Notes: a model not told the origin generated them from the letters alone. DNA of 64,000 nt from Tubulanus polymorphus (GCF_964204645.1 NC_134029.1:8272850-8336849); one strand, 5' to 3'; shown: positions 24,133 through 39,333, numbered from the stretch's first letter. Translations and numbers: made by a program.

Positions 24133-25735
24133 ATGGATAGATAGATGAATATTGTTTCTACTTTGGTATAAAAAAAATTTGTAAATTCAATCGAAAAAAA
24201 AAATGAATAGATAACATCCGCGGATGAAATGATCGGGAATGGAAAAAATCCAAACTAGATAAGCGACGATTGTTTCGATGTTTTTGTATTTAAACAGGAG
24301 CTGTGTGTGTGCGCGCGCGAGAGTGATATTTTATACGGTAATAATGTGTTTGATTTTAAATGCGGAAATCGAGTTTGCGAACAGTCTCGGGAATGATTTA
24401 ATTGAACGGTTATTCACCGGAATAGCACTAGAGAGTATTTCGTTGCGCGCGACGCGTATACACAGATTCTGAGCGGCAGCAAGTATTAAGAAATTCCTTT
24501 GTATTGATCATGATTTTTCTTCGGCTATGTCATAACCTTAATTTATTGCGCTATAGAAGTGCTTTGTATGAATGATGATGATGATAACAGTTTCGGTGAT
24601 ATTGGTTTTTGTAAAATAGGCTACGTCGATATTTAGGCTGTATATGATTTGTACGTTTTGAGTGAATTATATATATGTTACGAGATATCTTTTATTTTCG
24701 AGTATAGTAATGATAATGACCGCAGAATGGTAGCTGGGAAAGAATTGGTATAAATGTGTGGGCGCTTCTTGATAGGTTCAACGGTCCGTTATGATTCAAG
24801 CGAATTTTCAGATAGTCTCTAAAAATTTTCTGAAACCCATATCGAAACGTGTGTGAAAATTGAATGCCACGGGATATGTTCTAATTAACGGAAATATATC
24901 GCAGTTAGAGAATCGTTGAAAAGCAGTTCGGTTAACGAGGGTCGGGTGTTTTTGAATGAGTAGGTTAGGTTCCCAGCAATTCAACGGTAGGTGATTGTAT
25001 GTGTACGTGTGTGTAGGTAGGTACAGCGCTCTGCTGAATGTTTATGGTTGCCTTATATAGTTGCCTGGAACTGCCGAAGTGATGACTCAGATAGGCTTAT
25101 TTTACATACTAGTCTGCTGTGTGAGTGTGTGCGCAGCGCGAGTACAGAAATAGTCAGACTGCTGTACTCCCCTGCCGGAGATACTAGAGCACACTGCAGC
25201 TCCTCGGTATTCTCTCTCTGTTAAGATACCGCATAACAAAAAGATCACCTCTAATATACAACTTCTATTCTGTATACCAACGCGAATCGGGTTTTGTCCC
25301 GTTTGCCGAAAGTACCGCGTCTAATCAAGGCATTTAAGTTTTTCTTCAGCGTTCTAATCTAGTTAATATCAGAACTATCTCTCAATTTTGTCGTCATTCG
25401 CTTTGTTATTATGAATCGCCAAAATTTAGTATTCGATCATATCACACATATCAAGTCAAACAGGACGGATTATCTTGTATCCGAGTCACTATTCACTATA
25501 AAACGTTCTCTCTATCATTTTCCTGACTTATATAGCTGTACTATCAGGACGTGAATATGTCATGTGAATGTGTCTGCATTTTAGTGTGCGAATGTATATG
25601 TACTACGTACAGTAGTCTGAATACACCAGACGAGATGTACGGGTTCCCCTACAACTTCCCTGTTTAGGTGGAAACATCGGCTAGATACTGGACTAATATT
25701 ATGTACAGTAGTAACATAGGCCTAGATTTAATGTT

Positions 25736-25771
<36 letters not shown>

Positions 25772-25991
25772 TGTGCTGTTGGTTTGATCAGACTTCGGTT
25801 ATTATGTCCTACCTTTGAGATAGCTTAACTACTACTTCTACTACTACTTCTACAACTACTACTAAGAAATTGATACTCGCTTATACTATAATACTATTGA
25901 CTATCTTCAACGATGCACAAATTTTTCATCGAATATTTAATGAATTATTATAACTCGCCCACGAGAAACTTCATCACCGATGTGTGTGTAT

Positions 25992-26096
<105 letters not shown>

Positions 26097-26235
26097 AAAT
26101 ATAAATGAGATAAATATATATATATATATATATGTATATATTATAAGTAAAACTGATAGATGTGTATGATCATATATAGTTGACTGAAAATGTGATTTGA
26201 AAAAAAATGTCGCTTTTAATTGAATGTGTTGTATG

Positions 26236-26282
<47 letters not shown>

Positions 26283-29200
26283 GAAAACATATCAGTTGTC
26301 GAATGAAGGGGGCGAAAGAGTTTGGTCTATATTTTTAAAACTAGAAGCAGAAATATCAAGGGATGGGGTTTCATTTGCAATCGTTTCTTAGTGTGCGGGG
26401 ACTACCACGCGTTTCAGCGCTACTTCGAATGATTATGATGATATTTTGGAAAGAAAAGAATTTCTCGAGAAAAAAGAAAAATGAACCTATGATAATCTTC
26501 TTGAAAAAAAAAAATAACAAACAAAACTGTTTATTGCTCAAAATTGAACAAGTTCGTTGTATGATATACGCAATTTTTGTAACTCGATTGAAACGAAGCG
26601 CCACCGCTCTCCGTAATACTGTCGTCGTAACGAACAAAATGTTACCGACGGGATTAAACCCACCATGTGGCGTCACTGGCAATCAGCTTTGCATAATAAA
26701 CGATAGTAACTTTATTGAATCAACATAAAACACAATCTCTTTACTGTACGATTGATTTCGACTATATACGATGTAGGAATTTTGTTTGTTTGTTTGTTTT
26801 TTTTCTATTATTATTAAAAAATGAGCGAATGTTAGGATTTTCAATGGTGTGTGTAGTTTTGAATTTTCGTTCATATATGTATATATATATATATATATAT
26901 ATTTTGTTCGTATCGGGTACCAATATGTCGGTCACCGCACGCTCTTGGCAGCGTTGATGTTCATTCATTACCTTCAGAGAGTTATTATTACCTGTATTGT
27001 GTTCAAATCCTATAGATCAGGGTGTCTCCATCATGCGTGTGTGCATACCCTTTTGTACGTTAAAAAAAAGAATATCTATATATGTTTATTATTAATCTAT
27101 GTATTATTAGTTCTTCCGCACTTCTTTACAGATAAAAGTCGAGTTTATTTTTAATAATCAAAAATGATTGATAAAGTCTCTAATAATCATTGCTTAGTCA
27201 TCAAATGCATTTCAACCTATTGACAATTTTGTCTTTCTCTACCATTAAGCTTTATACCTTGATCAAACGGGAGTTGTTACTAACTTTTTCAATCGCAATT
27301 TAGTCGGCGAGCTTATCTTCTCGGTTAGGAATTTAGAGTTGGGAAAAAAACTCATCAGGTCACGATTTAGTAATGTATTAATCCGGATCGGTTTTCGTTC
27401 CCCTAAACGAGTTATATATGGATTTTGCGTTTTTCAGAATATGCTTTTATAGTCTACGTTTTCGCGATCAATTGATTTATTGATGGGGCGCACTTTGCTA
27501 GAAGCCTCTTTCCTCCCTAGGAGAAAAAAATCGCCTCATCGTCGTCGAACAAAATTTTTTAGAAAATAAGAAAACCGCAATTTTGTTTGTATTATTAGGT
27601 TTGCTATATGTAATAATGTTGATTATGTTTTAAAAATGTGCTGGTTAGTCCTGCCGGATGTTTTTTTTTTTTCACAAATTTTTCTCTAATTTCCGTGTAC
27701 CCGTTGATGTAGCACACGCGCAAAATTTATCAGTCTAGATGATCGTTTTATTCTTTGTTTCGCCCCGATAGCGATGTGTCACGAGGGTCCTTTGTGCTGC
27801 GTGCGTGTGCGTTGTTCCGGGTGCATCTGTCGCGTATAGTCGAGGTACAAATGGCGACTGTCTACGCCGCCGTCATCTCTGTTGAGGTCAGGATTAGCAT
27901 TATCGAACATTGTACAGTCGAATACCTTGTGATTTTCACTTAGTTGCATTTACGATATTAAAGCGAACATATATATGTATATGATGTATATGTATATGTA
28001 TATAGAAGTCGGAATTCTGATATACCTACAGTGTTGTAGTACCCCATTGTTTCAGCAGTACCTCCTCGCCCGTGTGTGTCAATATTATGTATGAATATAA
28101 CGAAAAATTTTTCTACGCAATTGTACGAACTATGTCTATGCTATGAGAAAAGAAGTGTACTAATAGCGGAGTGTCAATTTGTTGCCCGGTCGGTCGCAGG
28201 GGTCAGCGTGGTGATGCCATCGGATCGTTTTTCGGACATAGATCCCGGTTTGAAAACCTGATTAGAATTGATTAGACACCAAAACACACACGAGCCTTTG
28301 TCGGGTTCATTACGTTCACGCCCATTTGTTCTATGTATTATCTATCGATGGAAAATTAACGATGTTTTTAGGTATTAAGTGTTTTGTTTTTTGCGGCAGA
28401 TATTGTGCGTGTGTGTGTGTGTGTAGTACACAATGTATCTTTCGATTCGTAGAAGAACAAACTGAATTAAGCTTTTCGAATTTTTTTAAAATTTTATTAG
28501 ATGAAATGGCAAAGCGTAGTGAAATGTTTGTATATTCGGTTTGAGTTCAGGCCTACAGTACCACTACTCTACTACTACTACAAATTTTTATGTTTACTTG
28601 TGTATTAAATGTCTAAATATGACCTCTTCGAACAAATACTTATTATTATTACTACTACCTTATTAACTAGAAAAGACTGTTAACGTGTAAAATGTTCAAC
28701 GAACAATTATTGTACTTTTTATTTGGACTTAATAATACATGGACATCGTCCCTCAATCCGATGGTTTATCGATAAAAGATTGAAAAAAGAATTTTGATTA
28801 ACGATGATATGAAAAAATAACCAAAAATTGCTACAATGTTTATGATCATGTCTGCAACACTAACTGTAAAATTTTACTGGATAATCATAATATTTGCTAA
28901 ACGACAATGGGTGGCAAACCGACAACGACTGGAGAATATATAAATATATATATATATATATTGAAATATATATCTATATATTATTATTATTATAATTATT
29001 ATTATTATATATGTGGGCTAGATTTAATTCTAGTTGATACTATGCAGTATGGTTAGACGCGTGCATGTATGTATGTACTAAGCATACTATAACAGGAGTC
29101 TATATTTTTGTAAATCTATTTTCCCTTTGTATGACAAAAAAAGATAATTATATATGTTAGAATTTATTTTAATGAATTATATTTGCTTTGAAACTGATAT

Positions 29201-31474
29201 TCATCTCTCTTGACGCTTTTTGCTTTTTTCATTGATTATTGTCTTGTCGTTTTTTAAAAATGCTGTGTATGATAGCAGTGTTCTTGGCACCGTGAATGAA
29301 AGTTTTGGCTGAATATTTTCTTCATTTGTTCCATTGGTCTCGAGAGCGCGTGGTGCGCGTGCAACTTGAATCGGTTGTTTAGTAGAGAGACGAGGGAGAG
29401 GTCGCGCAGCACCATGGAGATGACACCGTTCTTTGACACCATCCATCCCCGAGTCAATTCGCGTGTATAACAACCCTAGGAGAGATCGATTCCCATTTCT
29501 GAATCTGATCTATTTTTATTTTCGCCGACTCGATAGCATCGCCCGGTGCAGAAGCGATGTCGGGGAGCCCCCTCCCAATATCCTTGACTAGTTCGGAAAT
29601 TTTACGGGTCAGGTCTGTCGGAGCAAAGGACACGAGTAATTGCTGAAAGATTTCACTTACAGCAATTCTGTCTTGGAGAAACCAAAATGACTAAGATGGA
29701 TAATGACTAACGCGTATAAGGCCAAAGAACAAGTACCGTTAGATAGAAGAATGGTTCACATTTTCTGCACATATTTCTACATATAGATTTATTTAATGTG
29801 GCTGCAATTGATTTCCATATATATATATACATCTGCATTTTTCTCAATTTTATTTCGAGCACATTAGCATATGAGACTTGTATAGATAGAATATCATATA
29901 TACAGAAAACATAGGTGCTTGTATAGCAGAGATTTTTTTTTTCAAAACAAAAAAGGACACAAATAAATGGAAATTTCTCTCGTTGAAGAATATACGCATT
30001 GAAGGATTGGTGTTGTTTTTCTGCGTTGTGGGAGTTTTCTGGAACTACTCGAGTCAGTGCAAGTAGAAGGTGAACAGTATTTATTACGAGAACATCTGAT
30101 TCACAAGGACACAAATGCCAACACAGTTATGACACACACACGCGTTATACAAAATGGGGGTGAATGCATAATTCGCTGAATGTATGCTCCCTGTGAAACT
30201 GAATTATAGGTGAATTGAAGGAGGAAGTTCAACCAGTCAATCCTGTCGATAATAATGTTTTTTACTTCCTCAAATTGGTCTGCCCCTGTCCACCTTAGAA
30301 GGATGATGCTTATGTAGCCACCCTACCTGTTCTCTCATAATACACAAGAAGGAATCTTATTACACATAAAGGAATAAACAAACAATTCCTTGGAATAGTG
30401 AAAACGTTTTTTAATTCGACTTAACCATGTATTATGATATAAAAATTGTTTATGATAAGGCTAAACATCTGCCCTGTTTCCTGGTTTTGAATAGGTTTTT
30501 GTGGTAATAAATATTTTTGCGCGTTTGTAAAACATACACATACGACTGATACACATCATAAGGCCCTTTAGAATGATGACGAAGATTTCAAACCTGCCGA
30601 ACTAGATATCACTTGGGAGTGTAATGATTGTACCTTTTGATAATGAAAATTTAAATCATTGTTAATAGAACCATCAGATGGACTGATTTCAAATAAAACA
30701 AATGCTTGATCAAATGAATGCTTATTTATCGGAACAACATTAAACCTGATGTTGCGCACCTTTATCGCTAACAGATGGAAGTACATGTCTCCTTTTAAAA
30801 GGTCAGTTTCACTTTTGAAGAGATCGAAGTGTATATGTGACAAGGTTATAACCTTTTAAACCATACATACACGCACCGATACAAGGGATTTCATATTCGG
30901 ACAATAGCTCGCTCTGGGCCTGCTTGCCTTCATCGTGAAAGCAGACCCCGACGAAGAAAGAGTCTGCGAATTGATCGCGCAACGATGTCTTTCACCAAAT
31001 TGTCACACGATTCCATTCAGTTCTCGAAGGTCTATAGATCAATCTCTTTCATCTGGTGGGAACACATGCCCTGTTTGCGCCGCGACATTTTAATGTATCG
31101 AACTGACACAATTAAATTCGTTTGTACGAACCATGAGTCTCTCGGTTGGTTCTCCCGTGCAGTAAACTTGATTAACACATTCTACACCATGTATTCAGAC
31201 GTAATCGGTGACTGCGGACACATGCGAGACTTTGAGTCAATTGATTGTCTTGCGCTTGTATTTATACCAGGATCGGATATCTAATGAGTATAATCATCCT
31301 ATTACACCAGGGTTTATTATCTACGTGTTACGCGTTCACCCCTTGTTACTATTTCATCATCTAATTATATCGGAATTCGTCACTTTCAACGCTGCGTGTT
31401 TGTGTCTGTAGGTAAAATTCCAGCAAAATGGACTGAAATCTTGTCAAAAGAATCTTCTCTGGTAATATGATAGA

Positions 31475-31592
31475 CCGGGCTCAGTTTCATAGACCGGTAC
31501 TATCTTTAAGCTGGGGGTTAAGTTTATTCTATTCATGTTCAATTGAGTTATCCCCAGGGTTAAAGATAATACCTGTCTGTAAAACTGAGCCT
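31475..31592. mobile_element. short MITE (hairpin)
   Basis: ggctcagtttcatagac ... gtctgtaaaactgagcc. Confidence 0.6.
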
Positions 31593-33014
31593 AGTAGTCT
31601 ATCTTATTCAATGAACATCAGGGGACTAGAAATCGTAGAATGTATCAACTCATTAAGATAGCTCTGTTCCATCCTGAGCGCTGCAAAAAACCTATGACTG
31701 AAACCCCTTGTAGTCAATTTCATTCCATATTTAAAACTTATTCGTAAGAGCAGCACACGCAGACAGAACCGAATACATACATGGCAGAAGTAGTGTGGAT
31801 CAAGATGTGGTGATACTGTATTTGGATGTACATCAAGAGCCATTATTTTGTCATTCTGAAACATGTGAATGGAGTCAAGGGCCCGGTGCAATTCGACATG
31901 TTTAAAAACTGAAGCGTTGCATATGCGCTGTTGGATACAGATATCGATATCGATACACTAGGCTTAGCGCTCGGAAAAAAACATATTTAATACTTAATGC
32001 TAGTGTTCTTTGCCCCGATACGACCACGGATTAATAAGCGAGATTAACAGATTGACTTAAGTAACGGGATAACCTGGCTGGGATTAGGGACCGTATGGGA
32101 TTAAATGCGATTTGTTACTTTCCGCTATTAAACAACCTCGACCACCTTGAGTCAGCATCATATTCCGTTCTTCTATACCCCTTCGCTTATTACTGCATCA
32201 TACCCCGGCTATGCTATGCGAGATGTGCGCGCAATCAATATATGCAAATAAAGTAGTCACCGACATTCATCCATCGAGAGGAAGGAGCGAGCAATATAGT
32301 TGCACTCCGGAGCGATGATGTAGCGATGTTGAGGAATGTGAAAGTCGTCTCTAAATGTAGTCACTCTCGGCGTTGCTCTTCGGCTCACTCTTGTTGTCAC
32401 ACACACATCGGCGCTGCGACAATGATAATTTCATAGGCAGCAGGGAACATCAAACATACGTGGCGCGCGAAGAGGAGAAAGAGACTGAAGTACAACGATA
32501 AACACAATCTTGCCAATGTCACTCATGTGTAGCCTTGATGAAGTTTTCATAAACCCTCATCTTGCTGTCCGATATCATATATCTCATCTTGCTGTCCGAT
32601 ATCATATATGTATAAAACCAAAAATAATTGCGATGAAAAAAAAAACATTACGAGCAAAATATATTTCGTGGTTTTTTTGCCAATCTAGTTTAGAGTGCCG
32701 GTATTGAAATGACGAGGATTGATCCGCAGGAAAGGAATAAGTACCTATGCCTCTTTATGAAGAGCCCTTAAGTAAACTGGTTTCAACATTATTTTCTGCA
32801 TTCTTTTGGGTACAAACCAGGGTGAATGGTCTTTAAAATGGGCTCTCTTATCTCCATACATGATACAGAAAAAAAAACACACCAAGTGTTCACATATTAT
32901 ACAAAAGCCAAATGTAGCAGGGCCTTTACCAAAAATGCTATCAAACTTTCTCCTAATGTCTAGATCAAGTCCAATCCTCCGTGACAGGAAGTCCGGGGTT
33001 CAATACTTAATATA

Positions 33015-33110
33015 GTGGACGGACTATGGTAGAGTTTCCGGAACACTTTCAGGTTCGATCCCATCTATATGGAAGAGCTTTCTCACTTATCATGACTAGG
33101 TGCACTGGAA
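33015..33110 (+). repeat. possible tRNA-derived SINE head remnant
   Basis: tggtagag ... ggttcgatccc A/B-box-like motifs. Confidence 0.35.
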
Positions 33111-34359
33111 TCGCATCAAAAATCGTGTTTTCAAATGGATATTAGCTCTGAACATACCAACACAGCAGTACATCTATCCACTCACCCTTGCAACAGAAGG
33201 TATACTTCTCATTTGCGCACTTAACAAACCTTAGCATTACCGCATAGGACAAAAGAAATATCACTATGAAAAACAACTATGCCTTATTATCATAAGAGCG
33301 AGGTTTACGGACGAACTGCTATTTTTATACATATTGTAATGTTTTTACTTTCAGAAAACTCATAACCAACCCTTGCTTTGTCTGTAGATGAAGACATTTT
33401 CTCGAAACTCCCCATCTCCGATGCCAAATCGTTGCTTCATCTCCGGCAACTGAGCTACCTAGAGACAAAAGCTGCAGATGATATCTCGCCGCAAATCCTC
33501 GTTCTCGTATAACCATTTCCTTGATCTGCCTCATTAATGAATTAATTCCAAACACGGGCCGATCCAATAGTAAACCAAGGCCATAATACTAATTAAGGGG
33601 CTACTTCCTTCAACAGGCTGCACGAAAACATTTATACGATTGGGCGAATGTATTTTCAAGGTTTTAACTTCATTGGTACTCAGAAATCTTTGGATGGGAT
33701 TTCAGAATTACTAAAAGGCCTTGGGCCCTGTTCCAAAGGTAAATTACGCATATTGGAAACAGTTAACCACTTTTTCGTGAAACTAGTATTTTTCAACCAT
33801 AATTATGTACTAGTCTCCTTCCTATTCTCCTCCCTCTATTTTTTTTCTAGAAGGAATATTCTAAATTCAAAAAGAAGTTTTTTTCCTCAGTTCAGAACGA
33901 AGACTGTAGGCGCGTTCGCGTTCACAAACAGCGACCATGTTTTTACTTGGATCATTAAGCATTAATGTTGGAATCCTTTTATGTTCGGTGTGGAGAATAT
34001 TTTCAGCAAACCGATGAAAAACCGCAGTACAGCGTCGTCATCGGTGTAGCAATTTCTTTACTGTCTAGTGATAATGAAGGTTCCCTACATGGGGTCAATT
34101 TTCCGAGTATTAGATGTGTAGACGACAAACAGATGACACCCTCATCAGTGCAGTTCCAGTTCTCTTGCACAGTATTTCAAATAAGCGAGCACATTTTTAT
34201 GTGCCACAGTGCGATAGGGGAAGTCCCTTGGAAAATACCCTTCCAATATCCGGGGACAATTAAATACAGTAAACCTTGTCTGAGTTAGTCGAAAGTACCA
34301 TGTCTGAGTAAGGCAAGGTTTACTAAGAGAAGGTTTTTGCTCAAATTTTCCCATAAATA

Positions 34360-34768
34360 CAGGGTCCGATCCAAGGGGATGGTGCAGGGGTGCTGCCCAG
34401 AAATTTTACAGCAAAATGAAATATATCAACCCTTTCAGTGTTGACTAATTAATACCCTATAGTACTGGAGATCAAGAAAATCTTGAAAAATTCCACCCTA
34501 ATGTGTTGAATAACGGGAATACAACTACAGTGCAGTGTGTCGTTTGTTACTAATATAGGTGCTACCATTTTTCAATAGAGATAAAAACTAATTACTAATT
34601 ACATCAATACACCGCAATGCAGTGTACTAGTAAAATCCATCACTAATCTATATCTGTATTTCCAAGAAAGAGTTCATTTTTGACCTGTTTTGGAGGGGCC
34701 CTTTTACTTAAATGATGCCCTTTTTTGGGGTGCATGCCTCCCTGAATCAGACCCTAGATCCGCCCCTG
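34360..34768. mobile_element. hAT-like MITE with a nested family B MITE (about 34430-34675)
   Basis: CAGGGTCCGATCCA ... TAGATCCGCCCCTG termini; internal aaccctttcagtgttgactaattaat copy. Confidence 0.65.
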
Positions 34769-35786
34769 AAAATACCTGCCTATCGAAAAACCTTCATTAA
34801 ATTGTCATCAAAAGTAAGATATTCTGTGACATCATGAGCAATTCTTTATACAGCTCCAGTCCCTCTCCACCACTGCTATGGTCATCTCGTGCAGTAGCCA
34901 CCAAAGCAGTATACATATGTAAGCATAACATTATCTTGCTTGAAGAACGGACAACACATTTATCGATTAATTGGCGCATAAAACTACGACAAAAACAAAA
35001 AAAATAAATGAAATATTCCAATAACATAAATGTTTATTTTTTCATAGATTCAAACAGAATTTATTGGCTTCACGTAAAACAGATCTATTTACAAGTTGAG
35101 TAGTTGTCTGAAGTTGTTGATGAAGTTGTTGATGCTACCTGAAATGACATTAAAAAGAAAAACTTATTAACAACATCCGGTACTTTTAACGAGCCAAACA
35201 GGAAAAAACCAATTAGATATTTTAATGGTAAGTATTGCCATTTATGTAGTTGTGGTCAATTTCTTGTCCGTCTGGTCTACGTAAGAACCTTGGACCGAAA
35301 TTAGAACTCGCAACTGTGCAAACTTGGTCCGAGCAGATAAAATCTAAATTCTAAATTTCAAAATTCAATGTACAAGCGATGTAAACATTGTCCAGGACAT
35401 TAATACACTATGAAAGGTAGAGTAAGATAAGAGGAGGATTATCAACAAGCGATGACAGATGTTAGCAAAGTAAGATCACTCGAAATTTGACTTCGATATT
35501 TGCGTTCGGCCTTCCTTTTCCTTTTCTTTCCATCAACCAGAAGGGATTACACGCCGAACACTCAGGTAATATTCGAGCAAATACGCCGTGTTATTAGTAA
35601 AGATAGCGAAGAGTAGATAGATTTGTATCGATAGATATTTGTAACACGATATACATCAGGCAGTACATGTGATAATCCTATTGATCTGGCTTCTAACCCA
35701 CATGTGGCTTAAATACACGGGCATATGGATCGGGTAGATACATTTTTTTGTCAGCATTTCAATACGAAATGAAGATATATATAAAT

Positions 35787-35891
<105 letters not shown>

Positions 35892-36489
35892 ATTTGTAAC
35901 AGGACATGGTTTATGTCAACAATATAGCAATATTTCATTTTCTGGCGTCGGAAACCAGACGTGGTTCTGTGTCAGTCGAACTGAATATTCATAGCGTTGA
36001 AATGCGAATATGTTTTACAGAAAAGATGGAAAAATTCGAAAATTAATGAAAGCGAAAAACAAATATTGATAGCGGTAATCAGGCTCAGACGCTCTTTAGG
36101 GTTTCGACGCGGAAGAATGCGCAGCGCAGAATTGAATCATCCAGTGCGCCGTGGTTCTGAGTTAAGATTTGACTCAAAACTTTAACTTAAAACATTACAA
36201 AATGAACTAATCTAAACTCAGACTTAACTCGAACTCACAACTGTGGAATGGTTAATAAAATGTATTTTATGTTGTACAAAGATGGCTTATAAATCACCCC
36301 CAATTATGGCTGAGTCAATATTTGTTGAAAATCTCTTTTCATCGTTTATTTTCTTCCTTGATCATCAATTCTATTTTCACCTTCAATGATATATGCTTGC
36401 CTACAGTTTTTTCCTATGCGCAGCAAGATATTATTTCATCATAAATTGATTATTTCATCTATTAATAACTTTATCTAAAAAAGCAAAAA

Positions 36490-37035
36490 GCCATAAGGCG
36501 ACAACGATTTTTGGGCTCAGGCTCGAAATCTGAAATTTCCATTGCAATTTGGAAATGTTGTATCTATGACCAATAGCTAAGTCTTATGAAGACAACTTTT
36601 TGAATTTCGATTCCATTCCTCAGTTGAGGTTATGTTCAAAGTCATGTCGCTGAAAAACAGAGTTTTTAGTGCCTAGTTCCGTCACTACAGTTCCGTCACT
36701 AGGTGGCGCAGTGGCCCTATTCTTTGCATTGCATAACTAGTCCCCCATACTAAGGGATCATTCATTAATTACGTACGCATAGGATTTGAATTTTTCAACC
36801 CCCTCCCCCTCTGTACGCAAAATTGGCCATTTTTTCGTATACATTAAGCATTACAGTACGCAATTGCACTGACCCCTCCCCCTCCCCTAATGCGTACGTA
36901 ATAAATGAATGACCCCTAACGTTGTACCCAAGTTTCATCAAGATCGAGCCAAAATTAACAAAGCTAAGTTAATGTAGCTAAAAGACAGACCCACGGACGG
37001 ACAGTACGAGAATAAGGGTCTCATGGAAGCCAGAG
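36490..37035 (+). repeat. dispersed repeat with GACA/GGAC-rich tail; second copy at about 62460-62750
   Basis: shared gccata..gacaac, gacaactttttgaat, tgtacccaagtttcatcaagatc, aaagacagac, ataagggtctca. Confidence 0.65.
36754..36916. mobile_element. MITE with TAA TSD (Harbinger/Zator-type); partial copy at about 16577-16650
   Basis: TAA-GGGATCATTCATTAATTACGTACGCA ... TGCGTACGTAATAAATGAATGACCCC-TAA. Confidence 0.85.
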
Positions 37036-39333
37036 AACCAAAAAATATTTTTGAAAAAATGTATTGGTCAGGTCTAAAACCATAAGTTGCTACCCCTAAA
37101 TAACATTGCCTCTTATCATACAACAACGAGAATCGGCAGCTCAACTTGGATGACAACGGTCCATGAATTTTTAAAACCGTTCTTCATATTCGATTGTTGC
37201 TGGGAATGAACATTTTTTTCGAGTTGAGTATCGGCCTCCTCCATCGAGGTGAAAAACAATAATTGTATCACCCAATTTCCAATAGAGCCCCATTTCCTTT
37301 TAAGAGTAGGCAATATTTATTGATCGGACTGAATTTCACATGAACACGTCATACAAGCATGCATATTCATACATGATTTCTAATGGGGTATCCGCATATG
37401 GCAGGCGAGGATCCACCAGGTTCGCTAGTGGTTACTCGGTTACCGCGCTTCAATTTCTTCTACACTTCAATTTAATTTGAATAAACTTTTCTTATTAGTT
37501 AAATCAATTTCCAGTAAAACTATACCATACGCTCATTGGGAATGTCAATCTCATATCTATGCGATGACTTGTTTCACAACATTTTCATTCAGGAGCCTAA
37601 AAGTACAGTCCAAAGTTCTTTGAAAATGAACTGATTTTCACTACATATTAATTTATCTATATAACTGAATGTATTGTTACGCCGTCTGGTGAGTGCCGAA
37701 CAAGCTAGGAAACACAGGCTAAAAAGGGTCAATTTGATACCTACGATGACGATGGAAGCCATTTGAAATTTGAAAATCATTCGGTGATTATTCGATGAAA
37801 TCAATGCTACTCATAGAAAATAGAGCTAATTACGTTTCGGTGTGAATTTGAATAATTGAAAACGAACTAATTTGATTGACTCACAATGACGTAACTGCGC
37901 GAACAGAAAATGAGATTGTCATAGCTGATAGTTCAATCACAGACACCGATCGAGTTAACTGTGTTCGAATCTTTTTTTCGGGGAGAGGGGTGCTTAACTG
38001 GTGTTTGACAGGATTGTTAGACTCGGGGGTTCCATTTCACAACAGCGCAATAACTTTTTTAAAATTATTATTTGAAGGATGAAGTCATGGTTAGTTACGA
38101 GCGGCCTATACAACAAAGATAGCCATCCATTGGACAGGGTGGCCACTTTTATTTGACTGCTTTTACCCTATTGCACATGGCCCTGGATTCAATCTGCTAA
38201 GGATCCAATCAATCAAATACGTAAGACATAGACGGAAACCATTTAATTTTATGCGCGATCTAGCAATCTCAACGAATTCCCCTCGAATCTTCCCGAGATC
38301 TTGAGCTTTTTTCCCCCAGATTTCCAGTTTTCCTGTTTGATATAATTAGATTGGATATAATCTTTTTCCTCCCCCCTAGAGCCTGGTCCAGATCTCGTCA
38401 GCATTTTCCAAAATAATTTATCATAAATATTTGAAAATTATTTCTGTTTTGTTTGCCAACTAATTCTATAACATATATTTCTATATATATATATATACAT
38501 AAATACTACGAGGAAGTATACATGTATATACACCAATGATTAACATTGTGGTTTTAGTTCAATATTTGATAACGAATACCTTGACCCTTCGTGTTTAATG
38601 ATAAGACATTCTTCCTCAAACAGGTTATAAGCCAGCATTTTAGCCCGGTCACGAGAGATTAAGCCAGAAAATCTTATCAACAAACGACTGAATCTACTTA
38701 TCAACCGTAGCTTATCAAAATCAAGCCTACACGCGTTCCTGATAACGTCAAAGAATTCTTTACGAACAGATTTCTGGGAATCAGCATCTAGCATTATATA
38801 TACATATATAGTTGGAGATATACTTTTAGATATTTCTTAATGTAAATAAAGATTACAAAAGGCTATCGCAAGATCGCGGAGAGGTGAAGTGATCAGCGAA
38901 ATCTAGCCACTTACATTAATTGCAACGATATTTACAGCAAATAGCAAATAAAAAAGGAAATGTCGAGGCCGACAACATTGGCTGATATGCATGTGCACAA
39001 CAAGAACATAAGCTAAAACGTCAAGCTGGATGTTATAGAATAATTGCACGCCAAAGAGACCGAAATGTATCCTTGAGCTAAAAGTATTCGATGTTTGTTT
39101 TGACTATATTCTAGCGTTATCTTCAGGAATACAAAGGTTATAACAAAATAATGTTCTATGTATAGAACACAGACTAGTAGTAAGATGTGATAAAAGGCTA
39201 GGGATCATATATACAGCATAAAGACAGTCAGGACTCCCTTACACAACCGAAACAAATTCAAGAGAAATATAAACTAAACATCTAAAATAAGGAAAATATG
39301 AGTGAAAAAGACTAAATAAGTTGAAAAAGACTA

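Noticed and set aside
38540-38794. 84-aa minus-strand ORF with protein-like composition
   Set aside because: No motif I can name and no splice context; at most a transposon remnant
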